Positions 54,919 through 64,000 are shown, numbered from the stretch's first letter. The stretch: 64,000 nt of DNA from Actinomycetota bacterium (GCA_046732895.1 JBKPNZ010000024.1:2943-66942); one strand, 5' to 3'. The notes: a model not told the origin generated them from the letters alone. A program made the numbers and translations.

Positions 54919-56714
54919 GCCGGTTCACGAATGCATCGATCGAGCGGGTGCGTGACTCGGTGGACTTCGTGGAGGTGGTCTCCGCCTACACGGATCTGAA
55001 GCGGGCGGGGGAGAGGTACAGCGGCCTGTGCCCGTTCCACGAGGAGAGGACGCCGAGCTTCTCGCTCGACCCGCGGGACAAGCTCTACTACTGCTTCGGG
55101 TGCGAGGCGCATGGGGACGTCTTCACGTTCGTTCAGGAGAAGGAGGGGCTGGCGTTCGGCGACGCGGTGGAGGCGCTGGCGGAGCGATATGGGGTGGAGG
55201 TGGAGCGCGAGAGCGAGGACCCCAAGGCGGAGGAGGCGCGCCGGCGGCGGGCGCGCCTGGGGGAGGTGCTGGAGCGGACCGCGGGCTTCTACGCGAGCTT
55301 CCTGTGGGAGGCGGAGGAGGCGCGAAAGGCGCGTGCGTATCTCGCCGGGAGGGGGCTGAAGGAGGAGGTTCTGCGGGAGTTCGGTGTCGGATATGCGCCG
55401 AGCGCATGGGACACGGTCGTGAAGCGGGGGCAGTCGGCGGGGTACTCGCTGCAGGAGCTGGCGGCGGCGGGGTTGGTGCAGAAGGGGCAGAAGGGGCCGG
55501 GGTTCTATGACCGCTTTCGCGCGCGGATCACGTTTCCGGTGCGCGATGGAAGGGGGCGGGTGCAGGGGTTCGGTGCGCGCGCGTCGCGGGATGGGCAGAA
55601 GCCGAAGTATCTGAACTCGCCCGAGGGAGAGCTGTACCGGAAGAAGCGGACCCTCTACGGGATCGATGTGGCGCGCCCCGCGATCGCGAAGGCGGGAAGG
55701 GCTGTCGTCGTGGAGGGGTACACCGATGTGCTCGCCGCGCATCAGGCGGGGGTGCGGGAGGTGGTGGCGGTGATGGGAACGGCGATCACGCCCGAGCAGG
55801 TGCAGTTGCTGGCGGCGCACGCCGAGGAGGTGGTGTTGGCGCTTGATGCCGACCGTGCGGGGATGGAGGCGATGCTGCGGGCGCAGAGGGTTGCGAAGGG
55901 GAAGCGGGTGCGGTTGCGTGTGGCCGCAATGGAGGCGGGGAGGGATCCGGCGGATGTCCTTGCCGGTGAGGGGGCCAAGGCGGGTGCGGCGACCGCATTC
56001 CGGGAGGCGATCGACGCGGCGGACGACCTGCCCGTGTTCCACGTGCGGATGCTGCTCGACGATGCGGATTTGAGCTCGCCGCAGGGGAGGGATCGGGCGC
56101 TCGACGAGGTGGTGCCGGTGCTCGTGGAGATGCCGGACTCGATTACGCGGGAGGAGCTGGTGAGTGAGGTGGCGGACCGGCTCGACGCGGACCTCGAGCT
56201 CGTGGGGCGCCGGCTTGCGGCGGGAGGGAGGAGAGGTCGTGCCGCGCAGGTGCGGGCGGTGCCGCGGGATGCGGAGCCGGCGCAGAAGAGTGAGCCGGCG
56301 CCTCCGCGGGCGTTGAGTTCCAGGGAGAGGCGGGAGCGGGCGCTGCTGGCGATGTGCATCGCCTCGCCCACGGATGGGAGGGAGTTCCTGGAGAAGCTGA
56401 CGCCGGGGCATCTGTCCTCGCCGCTCATGGTGCGCACGCGCGACTGGCTGCGGGAGCACCTCGATGAGCCGACGCGCGGGCTGCCGCGCGACGATGAGGA
56501 GCTGGTCTCGGCGGTGACGTGGCTGGCGGCGCGCTCGGAGCGGGAGCCGGCGAGTCACGAGGCGATGGACATGAACTTCCAGCAGCTCGAGCTGGCGAAG
56601 CTGGAGCACGAGATCGAGTCGGCGTCGCGGGACGGGGGCACGGTGCTGGTGGATCTGCAGCGCCGCCGTGGCGAGCTGACGGAGCGGATCGCCCGCTGGG
56701 AACCGGTGGACTAA
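54915..56714 (+). CDS. dnaG: DNA primase
   Basis: A GTG at 54915 forms a GTGA overlap with the dgt stop. Zinc finger CPFHEERTPSFSLDPRDKLYYCFGC and TOPRIM EGYTDVLA. 599 aa. Confidence 0.93.
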   Translation: MSRFTNASIERVRDSVDFVEVVSAYTDLKRAGERYSGLCPFHEERTPSFSLDPRDKLYYCFGCEAHGDVFTFVQEKEGLAFGDAVEALAERYGVEVERESEDPKAEEARRRRARLGEVLERTAGFYASFLWEAEEARKARAYLAGRGLKEEVLREFGVGYAPSAWDTVVKRGQSAGYSLQELAAAGLVQKGQKGPGFYDRFRARITFPVRDGRGRVQGFGARASRDGQKPKYLNSPEGELYRKKRTLYGIDVARPAIAKAGRAVVVEGYTDVLAAHQAGVREVVAVMGTAITPEQVQLLAAHAEEVVLALDADRAGMEAMLRAQRVAKGKRVRLRVAAMEAGRDPADVLAGEGAKAGAATAFREAIDAADDLPVFHVRMLLDDADLSSPQGRDRALDEVVPVLVEMPDSITREELVSEVADRLDADLELVGRRLAAGGRRGRAAQVRAVPRDAEPAQKSEPAPPRALSSRERRERALLAMCIASPTDGREFLEKLTPGHLSSPLMVRTRDWLREHLDEPTRGLPRDDEELVSAVTWLAARSEREPASHEAMDMNFQQLELAKLEHEIESASRDGGTVLVDLQRRRGELTERIARWEPVD

Positions 56715-56768
56715 GGGCTTGGCGCACCGAGGCGGCGTCACCGGCCCGCGCCATCGCTTCGAATTCAG

Positions 56769-56839
56769 CTCCCCCGGGTGGATTCGAACCACCAAGACTT
56801 GATTAACAGTCAAGCATGTTGCCGTTACATCACGGGGGA
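56769..56839 (-). tRNA. tRNA-Asn(GUU), no encoded CCA
   Basis: The hand-folded cloverleaf is UCCCCCG UG AUGU AACGGCA ACAU G CUUGA CUGUUAA UCAAG UCUU GGUGG UUCGAAU CCACC CGGGGGA G. U33, anticodon GUU and the G73 discriminator are as expected for tRNA-Asn. Confidence 0.85.
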
Positions 56840-56872
56840 TCTTGCGGGCGCCTTCCGGCACACGCGGGGGCA

Positions 56873-56902
56873 ATTCTAGGACGGGCTCCCGGCCCCTGCT
56901 AA
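56873..56902 (-). promoter_or_regulatory. Candidate sigma-70-type promoter for tRNA-Asn
   Basis: The minus strand reads TTAGCA, an 18-nt spacer, then TAGAAT. The -10 ends 33 nt upstream of the mature tRNA 5' end. It overlaps the stop codon of the glycosyltransferase gene. Confidence 0.3.
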
Positions 56903-58119
56903 CGGGCCGCGAACGCCTCTACGAGCTCCGCTCCTGCCGCCGCTCCGTCCTGCGCCCGCGACCACGCCGCGATCTCGCCTGCCCGCCGCCTGAACCTTCC
57001 CTCCGCCAGCACCCGCCGCACCACCGCACGCACCGTCCGCGGCGTCGTCAACCGCCACGGCACCGTCAAGCCCGCACCCGCCCACGCCACCCGCGCGCCG
57101 TTCTCCGCCATGTCCCCAACCGCCGGGCAGCACACCACCGGCACCCCCTCACCCAGCGCCCGGCACACCGTCCCATGCCCGCCGTGGCACACCACCACGC
57201 CCGCCAGGGACATCACCTGCGAATACGAGAGCCACTCGACCACCACCGCATTCCCCGGCGCCTCCGGCAACGGCTCCCCGGGCCGATTCGTCGTCGCCAG
57301 CACCCTCACCGGCTCCTCCGCCAACCCCTCCAGCGCCGCCCTCACCAACCTCCCATCCGGGTCCTGTGCGGTGCTCGGCGCCACCACCACCAACGGCCCG
57401 TCACCCTCCGGCAGCTCCACCTCCTCATACGGCACCTCAAACGTCATCGGCCCCACCACCCGCACCCACTCCGGCCAGACTCGCGGGTACTCCAGCTGCG
57501 GAAACGTCCCGACAAGGCACAGCTTCCGGCTGATCCCGCCATGGAACTCCTCCACCGGCCCCAACCCCACCTGCGCCCGCGTCTGGTTCAACTCATCCCG
57601 CCCCCTCCGTAACCCCGCCGTCAGAACCGGCAGCGCACCTCTCCACAACGCGCGTCCCACCCCGGTCCGCGGCGGCTGCGCACCCACCGCGAAGAACGGC
57701 ATCCCCGCCTCATGCACCGGATACACATGCGGCACCAGCGTCACGCGCCTCACTCCGACCATCTCCGCCGCCAGTGCCGGCGCCAGCGTGAGGATGTCGC
57801 TCACCACCACGTCCGGCCTCCACTCCTCGAGCATCGGCACGAGCGCCCGCGCCGCATCCCCGGCGCTCGCCCCCTCACTCCCGGGCGGGGGAGGCGGAAA
57901 CGTCCTGTACTCCTCCGCGGCCGTGAACCCCAATCCCTCACCCTCAACGGCCTCCCGCCAGCGCTCCCACGTCTCCACCAGCACCTCATGCCGACGCGCC
58001 CTCAACGCGCGCGCGAGCGCGATCGCCGGGAACGCGTGCCCCGCATCCCCAAAGGCCGCCACCACTGCCCGCAGGCTCCTACTCACCCCGCGCTGCTGCA
58101 ACTTCCCGTTCCGCCACAT
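56899..58119 (-). CDS. Glycosyltransferase family 1, MGT/UDP-glycosyltransferase type
   Basis: LRAVVAAFGDAGHAFPAIALARAL N-terminus and the C-terminal donor-binding motif VVCHGGHGTVCRALGEGVPVVCCPAVGDMAENG. The start is uncertain (GTG 58125, ATG 58119 or GTG 58086). Confidence 0.8.
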   Translation of the reverse strand: MWRNGKLQQRGVSRSLRAVVAAFGDAGHAFPAIALARALRARRHEVLVETWERWREAVEGEGLGFTAAEEYRTFPPPPPGSEGASAGDAARALVPMLEEWRPDVVVSDILTLAPALAAEMVGVRRVTLVPHVYPVHEAGMPFFAVGAQPPRTGVGRALWRGALPVLTAGLRRGRDELNQTRAQVGLGPVEEFHGGISRKLCLVGTFPQLEYPRVWPEWVRVVGPMTFEVPYEEVELPEGDGPLVVVAPSTAQDPDGRLVRAALEGLAEEPVRVLATTNRPGEPLPEAPGNAVVVEWLSYSQVMSLAGVVVCHGGHGTVCRALGEGVPVVCCPAVGDMAENGARVAWAGAGLTVPWRLTTPRTVRAVVRRVLAEGRFRRRAGEIAAWSRAQDGAAAGAELVEAFAAR

Positions 58120-58165
58120 GCACACCTTGGCGCACCCAAACCCAAGGCGCTATCCCTTCGGGCCG

Positions 58166-58687
58166 ATGGCGTACCGCATCCGCAACCCCGCCGCCCGCCT
58201 GCGCTCCACCGTCGACGCACTCCCGCGCCGCACTCGCATCGCCATGCTTCGGGGCATCGAACAGAACCGCATCGTCGTCGGTGCCTACGCGGATCCTCGC
58301 AGCGGCGGCATCTGCCCAATGCTCGCCGCGCACCGCTCCGGCGGCCGCACAAGCGTCGCCTCCTTCGCCCGCGCCTGGGACGCCTTCACCGGCGCCAAGC
58401 GCCCGCGCCTCGCCACCCGCCGTGAGATCCGCGCCCTGCGCACGTACCTCGAGATGAGCCTGCTCCGGGAGGACGACGACGGCACCCCGATCACCGAGCT
58501 CGCCGCGGAGATCCGCGCCGAGCGCGCCTCCATGCCGCAGCCACCGGCCCTTCCCGAGCCGGAGGCGGGGAAGATCCGCATCCGCCGCCGCAAGAAGGGC
58601 ACCGATCTGTTCGCCGCCGCCGAGGCCGAGCTCTCCGCCGAGCGCGCCACAGAGCTCCTCGGGGCCCCTGCCGCGCACCGCGGCTAG
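58166..58687 (+). CDS. Hypothetical protein
   Basis: The in-frame ATG at 58166 gives 173 aa (MAYRIRNPAARLRSTVDALPRRTRIAMLRG...). GC3 is very high on reading the codons. It is divergent from the GT1 gene. No family recognised. Confidence 0.55.
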   Translation: MAYRIRNPAARLRSTVDALPRRTRIAMLRGIEQNRIVVGAYADPRSGGICPMLAAHRSGGRTSVASFARAWDAFTGAKRPRLATRREIRALRTYLEMSLLREDDDGTPITELAAEIRAERASMPQPPALPEPEAGKIRIRRRKKGTDLFAAAEAELSAERATELLGAPAAHRG

Positions 58688-58700
58688 CTGCCATCCGTCC

Positions 58701-59435
58701 CTAGGGCGCCCCCTCCAGCAACTCATCGGGGCGCGTGAACACCACCTCGGGAATCAAGCAATTCGGAGAGATCCGCAGCAGGAACCGCACGCTCTCCGCG
58801 ATGTCCTCCGGGCGAATCATCTCCTCAGGCTTCACCGTCTCCTTCACCCAATCCGTCATCGGCGTATCCACGAACCCGGGACACAGCGCCGTCACCTGAA
58901 TCCCGTCCTTCGCGAGCTCCTTCTGCATCGCCTGGCTGAACCCGACCACCGCGAACTTCGTAGCCGAGTACACCGAGATCCACGGCTGCCCCGACTTCCC
59001 CGCGATCGACGCCGTGTTCACGATCAGCGCCTTGCGATGCTCACCACCCGCCTCCTTCAACATCCCCACCGTCTCGCGCGTCGTCAGCACGTACGAGCGG
59101 ACGTTGATCGCGAGCTGCATGTCCAGCGCCTTCGTCTCGTAGTCGTCGATCGGTGAACCAACCCCCAACCCCGCGTTGTTCACCAACACGTCGAGTCGCC
59201 CGTAGCGCTCGTTGTGCGCGCCCACGAGCGCAACTATCTCCTCCTCATTCATGACGTTGGCGGGCACGGCCTGCACCTCGAGGCCATCCTCCTTGAGCCC
59301 CGCGGCAGCCGCCTCCAGCTTCTCGGGCCGCCGCGCGGACACGGTCACCCCGTATCCGTCCTCCGCAAGCGCCCGGGCGATGGCCAACCCGATCCCGCTC
59401 GACCCACCTGTCACCAACGCCGCCCGATCCGCCAC
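58701..59435 (-). CDS. SDR family oxidoreductase (FabG-like)
   Basis: 244 aa. TGGSSGIGLAIA, NNAG and YSATKFAV motifs. Confidence 0.88.
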   Translation of the reverse strand: MADRAALVTGGSSGIGLAIARALAEDGYGVTVSARRPEKLEAAAAGLKEDGLEVQAVPANVMNEEEIVALVGAHNERYGRLDVLVNNAGLGVGSPIDDYETKALDMQLAINVRSYVLTTRETVGMLKEAGGEHRKALIVNTASIAGKSGQPWISVYSATKFAVVGFSQAMQKELAKDGIQVTALCPGFVDTPMTDWVKETVKPEEMIRPEDIAESVRFLLRISPNCLIPEVVFTRPDELLEGAP

Positions 59436-59518
59436 TCCGTTCCTCCTTCGCTCGCTGGGCGGCGCACCCTATCGGCACGCTTACCGTGCGATTAGCTGGC
59501 CTCCCTAGGATTCCCCCG

Positions 59519-60508
59519 ATGCTGAGGCGGGCCACACCCATCCTCGTGATTGCATGCGCGTCAGTCGCCGTCGGTGTCGCCGGCTGCGGTGGCTCAAGCG
59601 ATTCGGCGAGCTCCGACACGGCGAGCCGTCCTGCGCCACCCTCCCGCGATTTCCCTGCGGTCAAGGGCCGCACGCTCGAGCAGGTCTATTCCGAGGAGGG
59701 CAAGCCCGATAACAACCTCGTCGCAGCACCGTCCGGCCAGGCCTTCGACGTCGGCAAGGACCGCTTCGGCTTCGGCCTCTTCACGGCCTCGGGCGACCAG
59801 ATCACGGACGGCGACGTCGCGATCTACGCCGCGCATGGCGCCGGCGCTCCCGCGCAGGGCCCCTACCCGGCGCGAGTCGAGACCCTCGAAACCCAACCCG
59901 CATTTGAGGCCAAGACAACCGCCGATGACCCTGACGCCGCCAAGGCCGTCTACGTCACGGACCTCGACCTGAATAAGCCCGGCGAGTGGCGAATGTTCGC
60001 CATGGTCAAGCAGGGCGACGGCTTTCACAACACGATCATCCCCAGCCTCATCGCTGGCGCCGCCTCCAACATCCCCGACGTCGGCGACAAGGCGCCGGTC
60101 GTGCACACCCCGACCACGGACGACGTCTCGGACATCGGCCAGATCGACACCCGCATCCCCCACGACACGATGCACGACACCGACCTCGCCGACGCCCTCG
60201 GGAAGGAGCCCGTCGTCCTCCTCTTCGCGACACCGGCGCTCTGCCAAAGCCGCGTCTGCGGCCCGGTCGTAGACGAGGCCGAGCAGGTGAAGTCGGAGTT
60301 CTCCGACTCGGACGTCGCCTTCATCCACATGGAGGTCTACAACGACAACGACCCAAACAAGGGCTACCGCCCCCAGCTGAAGGCGTACGGGCTGAAGACC
60401 GAGCCGTGGCTCTTCGTCATCGGCAAGGACGGCCGCATCTCCACCCGCATCGAGGGCGCCTTCGGCGTCTCGGAGTTGGAGGACGCCGTCAACAAGGTGG
60501 CGGGGTAG
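59519..60508 (+). CDS. Thioredoxin-fold lipoprotein
   Basis: Lipobox VGVAGC in MLRRATPILVIACASVAVGVAGCGG. The C-terminal thioredoxin-like region has LLFATPALCQSRVCGP. The start is ATG 59519, or further upstream in ORF 59486... Confidence 0.7.
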   Translation: MLRRATPILVIACASVAVGVAGCGGSSDSASSDTASRPAPPSRDFPAVKGRTLEQVYSEEGKPDNNLVAAPSGQAFDVGKDRFGFGLFTASGDQITDGDVAIYAAHGAGAPAQGPYPARVETLETQPAFEAKTTADDPDAAKAVYVTDLDLNKPGEWRMFAMVKQGDGFHNTIIPSLIAGAASNIPDVGDKAPVVHTPTTDDVSDIGQIDTRIPHDTMHDTDLADALGKEPVVLLFATPALCQSRVCGPVVDEAEQVKSEFSDSDVAFIHMEVYNDNDPNKGYRPQLKAYGLKTEPWLFVIGKDGRISTRIEGAFGVSELEDAVNKVAG

Positions 60509-60551
60509 CCTCGGCAGGACCACGTAAGGCGGCGTATCCGCCGCAGGAGAG

Positions 60552-61193
60552 ATGGCAACCGCCGCGCCCACACTGAACGCCGGCCAGACCGTTCGCAACC
60601 CCGTGAGCGGCGAGCGCACCACCTTCGTGCGCACCGCGGCCAACACCGACGGGCACGCCCTCGAGCTCCTCTGGCGCGTTCCGCCCGGCTCGCGGATGGT
60701 CGCGCTCCCCCATCTTCACCCCGATGACGCCGAGGAGTTCGCGCTCCTCGAGGGGAGCGCCCGGTACCGCGTGGGCCGCGAACGTCTCGAGAGCACTGCG
60801 CCACACCGCTTCACCGTCCCGCCCGGCACCGTCCACGTGCATCCTCAGAACGTGGGGGAGGGGGATCTCGTCGTGCGCCAGTGGGTCGAGAACGACGAGC
60901 CGCGGACGGCGATGCTCGCCGGCATCCAGGCGTACTTCGAGTCGGTCGCCGCCCTCGCACGGGCCGGCAGGGTCAACCGGATCGGACTCATCATCAACCC
61001 GCTCCAGTTCGCCCTCACGGTCCACGATTGCCTGATGCCCGACACGTTCCTCGGCTTCCCGCCCCGTCCGCTGCAGGTCCCCCCGGTGAAGGCGCTGGCG
61101 GCGCTCGCACGGCGCCTCGGCATGCAGGCCTACCACCGGCCACCGCCCGAGCTGGTCGAGGGCGCCCCACCCGCGGGCGACGGGCCTTCCTAG
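60552..61193 (+). CDS. Cupin domain protein
   Basis: 213 aa. Cupin motifs around PHLHPDDAEEFALLEG...FTVPPGTVHVHPQN. Confidence 0.7.
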   Translation: MATAAPTLNAGQTVRNPVSGERTTFVRTAANTDGHALELLWRVPPGSRMVALPHLHPDDAEEFALLEGSARYRVGRERLESTAPHRFTVPPGTVHVHPQNVGEGDLVVRQWVENDEPRTAMLAGIQAYFESVAALARAGRVNRIGLIINPLQFALTVHDCLMPDTFLGFPPRPLQVPPVKALAALARRLGMQAYHRPPPELVEGAPPAGDGPS

Positions 61194-62059
61194 TCCGCCG
61201 ACTGGGTCCCGTTCACGCGCGTCATGCTCACGCGCGTGGTCACGTCGGTCGCCGCCGGCCCCTTGTAGACACCGCGAATCGGCGGGACGTCCTGGTAGTT
61301 GCGCCCGTGGCCGATCTTGACGTGCGTCTCGAGGGCCCGCCCACGATTCGTCGGATCGAACCCCACCCAGCGCGGCTCCCTTCCCTTCTCCGGAATGAGG
61401 GCCTCGAGCCACGCATGGGTCTGCACCTCGACCGAATCCGGACCGCCCCCTTCAGACGCCGCAAACAGATACCCGGAGACGTAGCGCGCGCCGATCCCCA
61501 GGCGCCGGAGCAGGATCACCCCAAGGTGCACGAAGTCCTGACACACCCCCGCGCCGCCTGTCAGCAGGTCCGCGACGGTGGACCCAACGAACGTCGAGCC
61601 CTGCCGGTACTCGAACCGATCGGGGATCACCTCCGACACCGCCAGCGCCGTCGCCAGCGGGCTGGGACGCCTGACCGCGTCGAGCAACTCCACGATCGCG
61701 TCCTCGGGTGGCGGCGGATTCGTCTCGATCAACAGGAACTCACCGCCCGCGCGCCGGTACGCAGCGTCGTCGGGGTCGGGCCACGCGCCCTCCGCCGGCT
61801 GCGCCCCCTCCTCAGTGACGACGCTCGCGTGCGCGACCATCGCCATCCGTTCGTGGGGCTCGACGATCCCGAACTCCAGGACGTCGGTGCCGAAGTAGTC
61901 ACGCCGGTTCTGCACGCGCACCTCGGGGTCCACCCGCAGCTCCCACGTCTCGACGGTCTGCATGGAAGTCACCGCCGGCCGCACCCGCAGCGCGTTCAGG
62001 CTGTCGCTCACCGGCTCTGGATAGGTGTACTCCGCCTCGTAGCGGATGTCGAACCTCAC
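61190..62059 (-). CDS. Transglutaminase family protein (N-terminal Bact_transglu_N-like + TGase core)
   Basis: A GTG at 62059 forms a GTGA overlap with the upstream stop. VRFDIRYEAEYTYPEPVSDSLNALRVRP N-domain and a Cys-His-Asp core (GVCQDFVHL, THAWLEA, GFDPTN). The rest of ORF ..63010 is out of context. Confidence 0.85.
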   Translation of the reverse strand: MRFDIRYEAEYTYPEPVSDSLNALRVRPAVTSMQTVETWELRVDPEVRVQNRRDYFGTDVLEFGIVEPHERMAMVAHASVVTEEGAQPAEGAWPDPDDAAYRRAGGEFLLIETNPPPPEDAIVELLDAVRRPSPLATALAVSEVIPDRFEYRQGSTFVGSTVADLLTGGAGVCQDFVHLGVILLRRLGIGARYVSGYLFAASEGGGPDSVEVQTHAWLEALIPEKGREPRWVGFDPTNRGRALETHVKIGHGRNYQDVPPIRGVYKGPAATDVTTRVSMTRVNGTQSAD

Positions 62060-63039
62060 GACGTCACCACCTGGCGCTGCGGCGCCTCCCCCGTGAAGTA
62101 GCGCCGTTCCACCTCCGCATCGAGCACCGCGAGCTCCTGCTGGATGTGCTCGAGGAGCGCGGTGATGCCGGCCTCGGTCGCACCGGGCGTCGCCAGCGGC
62201 GAGGTCTCCGAGCCAAGCCCGCGGTGAAACTCCAGCTCGGCCCGCAAGCGCGCGAGGCGCAGCACTGGCGCCGTGTCGCGGCCGCTGCCGCCGACCTCGG
62301 CAAGGCATTCCTGAAGCGATTCCAGCGAGGCGGCGATCGAATGGGGGTACCCGGATTCGAACGTGAGGAACTCGGTGACAGGGGCGGGCGCGACGGGCGA
62401 CGCCACCGAGCGCCGGTAAGCCTCGAGCCCACCGACCGCCTGCAGCAGCGCGAGCGCGCGGTCGCTGCCCGCCGCATCGTCGGCCGATTCGGGCGTCCCC
62501 AGCGACACCCGCAGCATACGCAGGATCATCTCGGCCGCCTCGGAGTGTCTCCCGGCGCTGAGGAACGCATACCCGGGGTCGCGCAGCATCGTCTCGTCCG
62601 CAAGCCCCCACCACAACGCGCAGCGCTGCCGCACGAACGCGTACACGGAGTAGGGGCCGGTCCGCAGCGCCGCCCCCAGGTCGCTCGAATCCAGCTCGAG
62701 GTACAGCGTGTTGAGGGCCTCCCACATCTCGGCGGAGACGACGTCGCGCACCATGCGCGCGCCGTCGCGCGCCCGCTCGATGCATGCCGTGACCGAGGCC
62801 GGGCTCTCCGAGTCGAGCGTCAACGCCCGCACCGCCTCGCCCGCCGCGATCGGGCCGTCCTCGTGCGACTCGGCGCCCATCACGGCCATCACCGCCTCCC
62901 ACGAGAGCGGCTGGCGGCTCGGCGCGGCGCGCGCCTGCAGGTTCGCCTGGAAGACGCCGTCGAGCATGCGCGCCGTGTGCTCCGCGCGGGCGACGTGCCG
63001 GCCGATCCAATAGAGCTGGTATGCGATTCGCGCAAGCAT
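62056..63039 (-). CDS. Alpha-E domain protein (DUF403)
   Basis: The in-frame ATG at 63039 gives MLARIAYQLYWIGRHVARAEHTARMLDGVF, a typical alpha-E N-terminus. It sits between the ATP-grasp and transglutaminase genes. Confidence 0.82.
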   Translation of the reverse strand: MLARIAYQLYWIGRHVARAEHTARMLDGVFQANLQARAAPSRQPLSWEAVMAVMGAESHEDGPIAAGEAVRALTLDSESPASVTACIERARDGARMVRDVVSAEMWEALNTLYLELDSSDLGAALRTGPYSVYAFVRQRCALWWGLADETMLRDPGYAFLSAGRHSEAAEMILRMLRVSLGTPESADDAAGSDRALALLQAVGGLEAYRRSVASPVAPAPVTEFLTFESGYPHSIAASLESLQECLAEVGGSGRDTAPVLRLARLRAELEFHRGLGSETSPLATPGATEAGITALLEHIQQELAVLDAEVERRYFTGEAPQRQVVTS

Positions 63040-63043
63040 CCGT

Positions 63044-64000
63044 CTACTGCTGCTGTTGCTGTTGCTGGCCGGTCCAGGCACCGGTCCCGAGCGCCGGCAG
63101 GCGCGGCAGCTCGGAGGGCTGCTCGATCGGGTAGGTGCCGGTGGGCGGCTCGCTCGGCAGTTGCAGGATCCACGTGTCCTTCGAGCCGCCCCCGCGCGAG
63201 GAGTTGACGATCATCGAGCCCTCGCGAAGCGCCACGCGCGTGAGGCCGCCCGGCACGATGCGCACATCCGAGCCGTACACCGCAAACGGCCGGAAGTCGA
63301 CGTGGCGCGCGAGAAGCGAGCCATCGCCATCGAGGGTCGGAACGGTCGAGAGCTTCACGAGCTCCTGCGCGATCCAATCGCCGGGCTGACGAAGCGTGAG
63401 CTCCCGCTGGCGCGCGATCTCCTCGTCGCTCGCACCCGGCCCGATGAAGACGCCCTTCCCACCCGACTCGCGCGTCGGCTTGAACACGAGCGAGTCGATC
63501 CGCTCGATCGCGTGCTCGAGCTCGTCGGGATTGCGCAGGAGGTAGGTCCTGACGTTGCCGAGGACGGGCTCCTCGCCGAGGTAGTAGCGGATCATCTCCG
63601 GCACGTAGCGGTAGACGGCCTTGTCGTCGGCGACGCCCGTCCCGATGGCATTCGCCAGCGCGACGCTGCCGCTGCGGATCGCCCGCGTCAGCCCCGGCAC
63701 CCCGAGCAGCGAGTCCGGCCTGAACTCGAGCGGATCGATGAAGTCGTCATCGAGCCGGCGGTAGATGGCGTCGACCCTGGTGAGGCCGTCGGTCGTGCGC
63801 ATGTAACAGACCTCGTCGCGAACCACGAGGTCACCCGCCTCGACCAGCTCGACGCCCATCTGACGCGCGAGGAAGGCATGCTCGAAGTAAGCGCTGTTGG
63901 CGGGACCGGGGGTCCACACGACCACGACCGCCTCGTCACCGAGCGCCGGCGCCACGCTGTGCAGGGCATCGCGCAAGAGGGCCGGGTAGCCATCGACCGG
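63044..64000 (-). CDS. Circularly permuted ATP-grasp type 2 protein (DUF404/DUF407 region), N-terminus outside window
   Basis: The motifs [25 protein letters not shown]...[19 protein letters not shown]...[46 protein letters not shown] are typical of this family. The reading frame stays open to the window edge. Confidence 0.85.
   Translation of the reverse strand, partial: PVDGYPALLRDALHSVAPALGDEAVVVVWTPGPANSAYFEHAFLARQMGVELVEAGDLVVRDEVCYMRTTDGLTRVDAIYRRLDDDFIDPLEFRPDSLLGVPGLTRAIRSGSVALANAIGTGVADDKAVYRYVPEMIRYYLGEEPVLGNVRTYLLRNPDELEHAIERIDSLVFKPTRESGGKGVFIGPGASDEEIARQRELTLRQPGDWIAQELVKLSTVPTLDGDGSLLARHVDFRPFAVYGSDVRIVPGGLTRVALREGSMIVNSSRGGGSKDTWILQLPSEPPTGTYPIEQPSELPRLPALGTGAWTGQQQQQQQ
63047..63067 (-). 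repeat. (CAG/CAA)7 trinucleotide run encoding a C-terminal poly-Gln tail
   Basis: The plus strand reads CTGCTGCTGTTGCTGTTGCTG immediately before the stop codon of the ATP-grasp gene (protein ends ...[10 protein letters not shown]). Confidence 0.9.

Noticed and set aside
56769-56839. The tRNA-Asn and tRNA-Lys-like genes, considered as integration hot-spots flanked by genomic islands.
   Set aside because: No integrase, no duplicated tRNA 3' fragment and no direct-repeat att-like copy were found in the flanking sequence. The neighbouring genes (dnaG, glycosyltransferase) look chromosomal.

Overview
This is a clearly high-GC chromosomal segment (GC not computed). No search tools were available, so all product calls rest on motifs read in the supplied translations, on gene order, and on hand-folded RNA.

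Gene order matches three conserved actinobacterial core blocks known from M. tuberculosis. The blocks are aroC-aroK/aroB-aroQ-pepQ ... efp-nusB, then tlyA-nadK ... recN-steA-mctB-like ... pyrG ... nudix-xerD, and dgt-dnaG. The source is therefore probably an Actinomycetota member, possibly a deep-branching lineage such as Thermoleophilia or Rubrobacteria; this is inference only.

I support about 62 protein genes, 2 tRNAs, one riboswitch, several hairpin terminators and a few in-frame tandem repeats. I saw no rRNA, CRISPR array, transposase, prophage or recognisable defence system.

Contents from left to right:
- **1-12.7 kb:** a complete monoderm-type type IV pilus locus. It holds pilB-pilT-pilC, a pilin gene preceded by a c-di-GMP-I (GEMM-I) riboswitch, three minor pilins, pilD, and pilM-pilN-pilO plus an unknown fourth gene. 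There is no secretin.
- **12.8-17 kb:** the shikimate operon, with aroK fused to aroB.
- **17.1-21.4 kb:** an apparent stress-gene insertion (DJ-1/PfpI, SOD-like, DUF2294, SigB-like sigma factor, LtrA).
- **21.5-25.6 kb:** efp-nusB-xseB-like-ispA-dxs. A duplicated 58-nt two-hairpin leader sits at two intercistronic junctions.
- **25.6-35.9 kb:** an accessory-looking stretch. It contains a zinc-ribbon protein plus an orphan STAS protein, a secreted triple-repeat Cys protein, Crp, a small protein with a sorting-signal-like C-terminus, an S33 hydrolase, a tRNA-Lys(CUU) with A33, a degenerate HD-GYP membrane protein, and a Tat-exported galactose-oxidase-like protein.
- **35.9-56.8 kb:** housekeeping genes, including a frameshifted SDR.
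- **61.2-64 kb:** a conserved but functionally unresolved ATP-grasp / alpha-E / transglutaminase operon.

I do not see a clear-cut brand-new multi-gene system. The best candidates for follow-up are:
- the riboswitch-controlled actinobacterial pilus locus and its unknown fourth alignment-complex gene;
- the duplicated structured leader;
- the atypical tRNA;
- the triple-repeat secreted protein;
- the ATP-grasp/alpha-E/transglutaminase operon.

Many long ORFs in the six-frame track are antisense artefacts of high GC and were not called.
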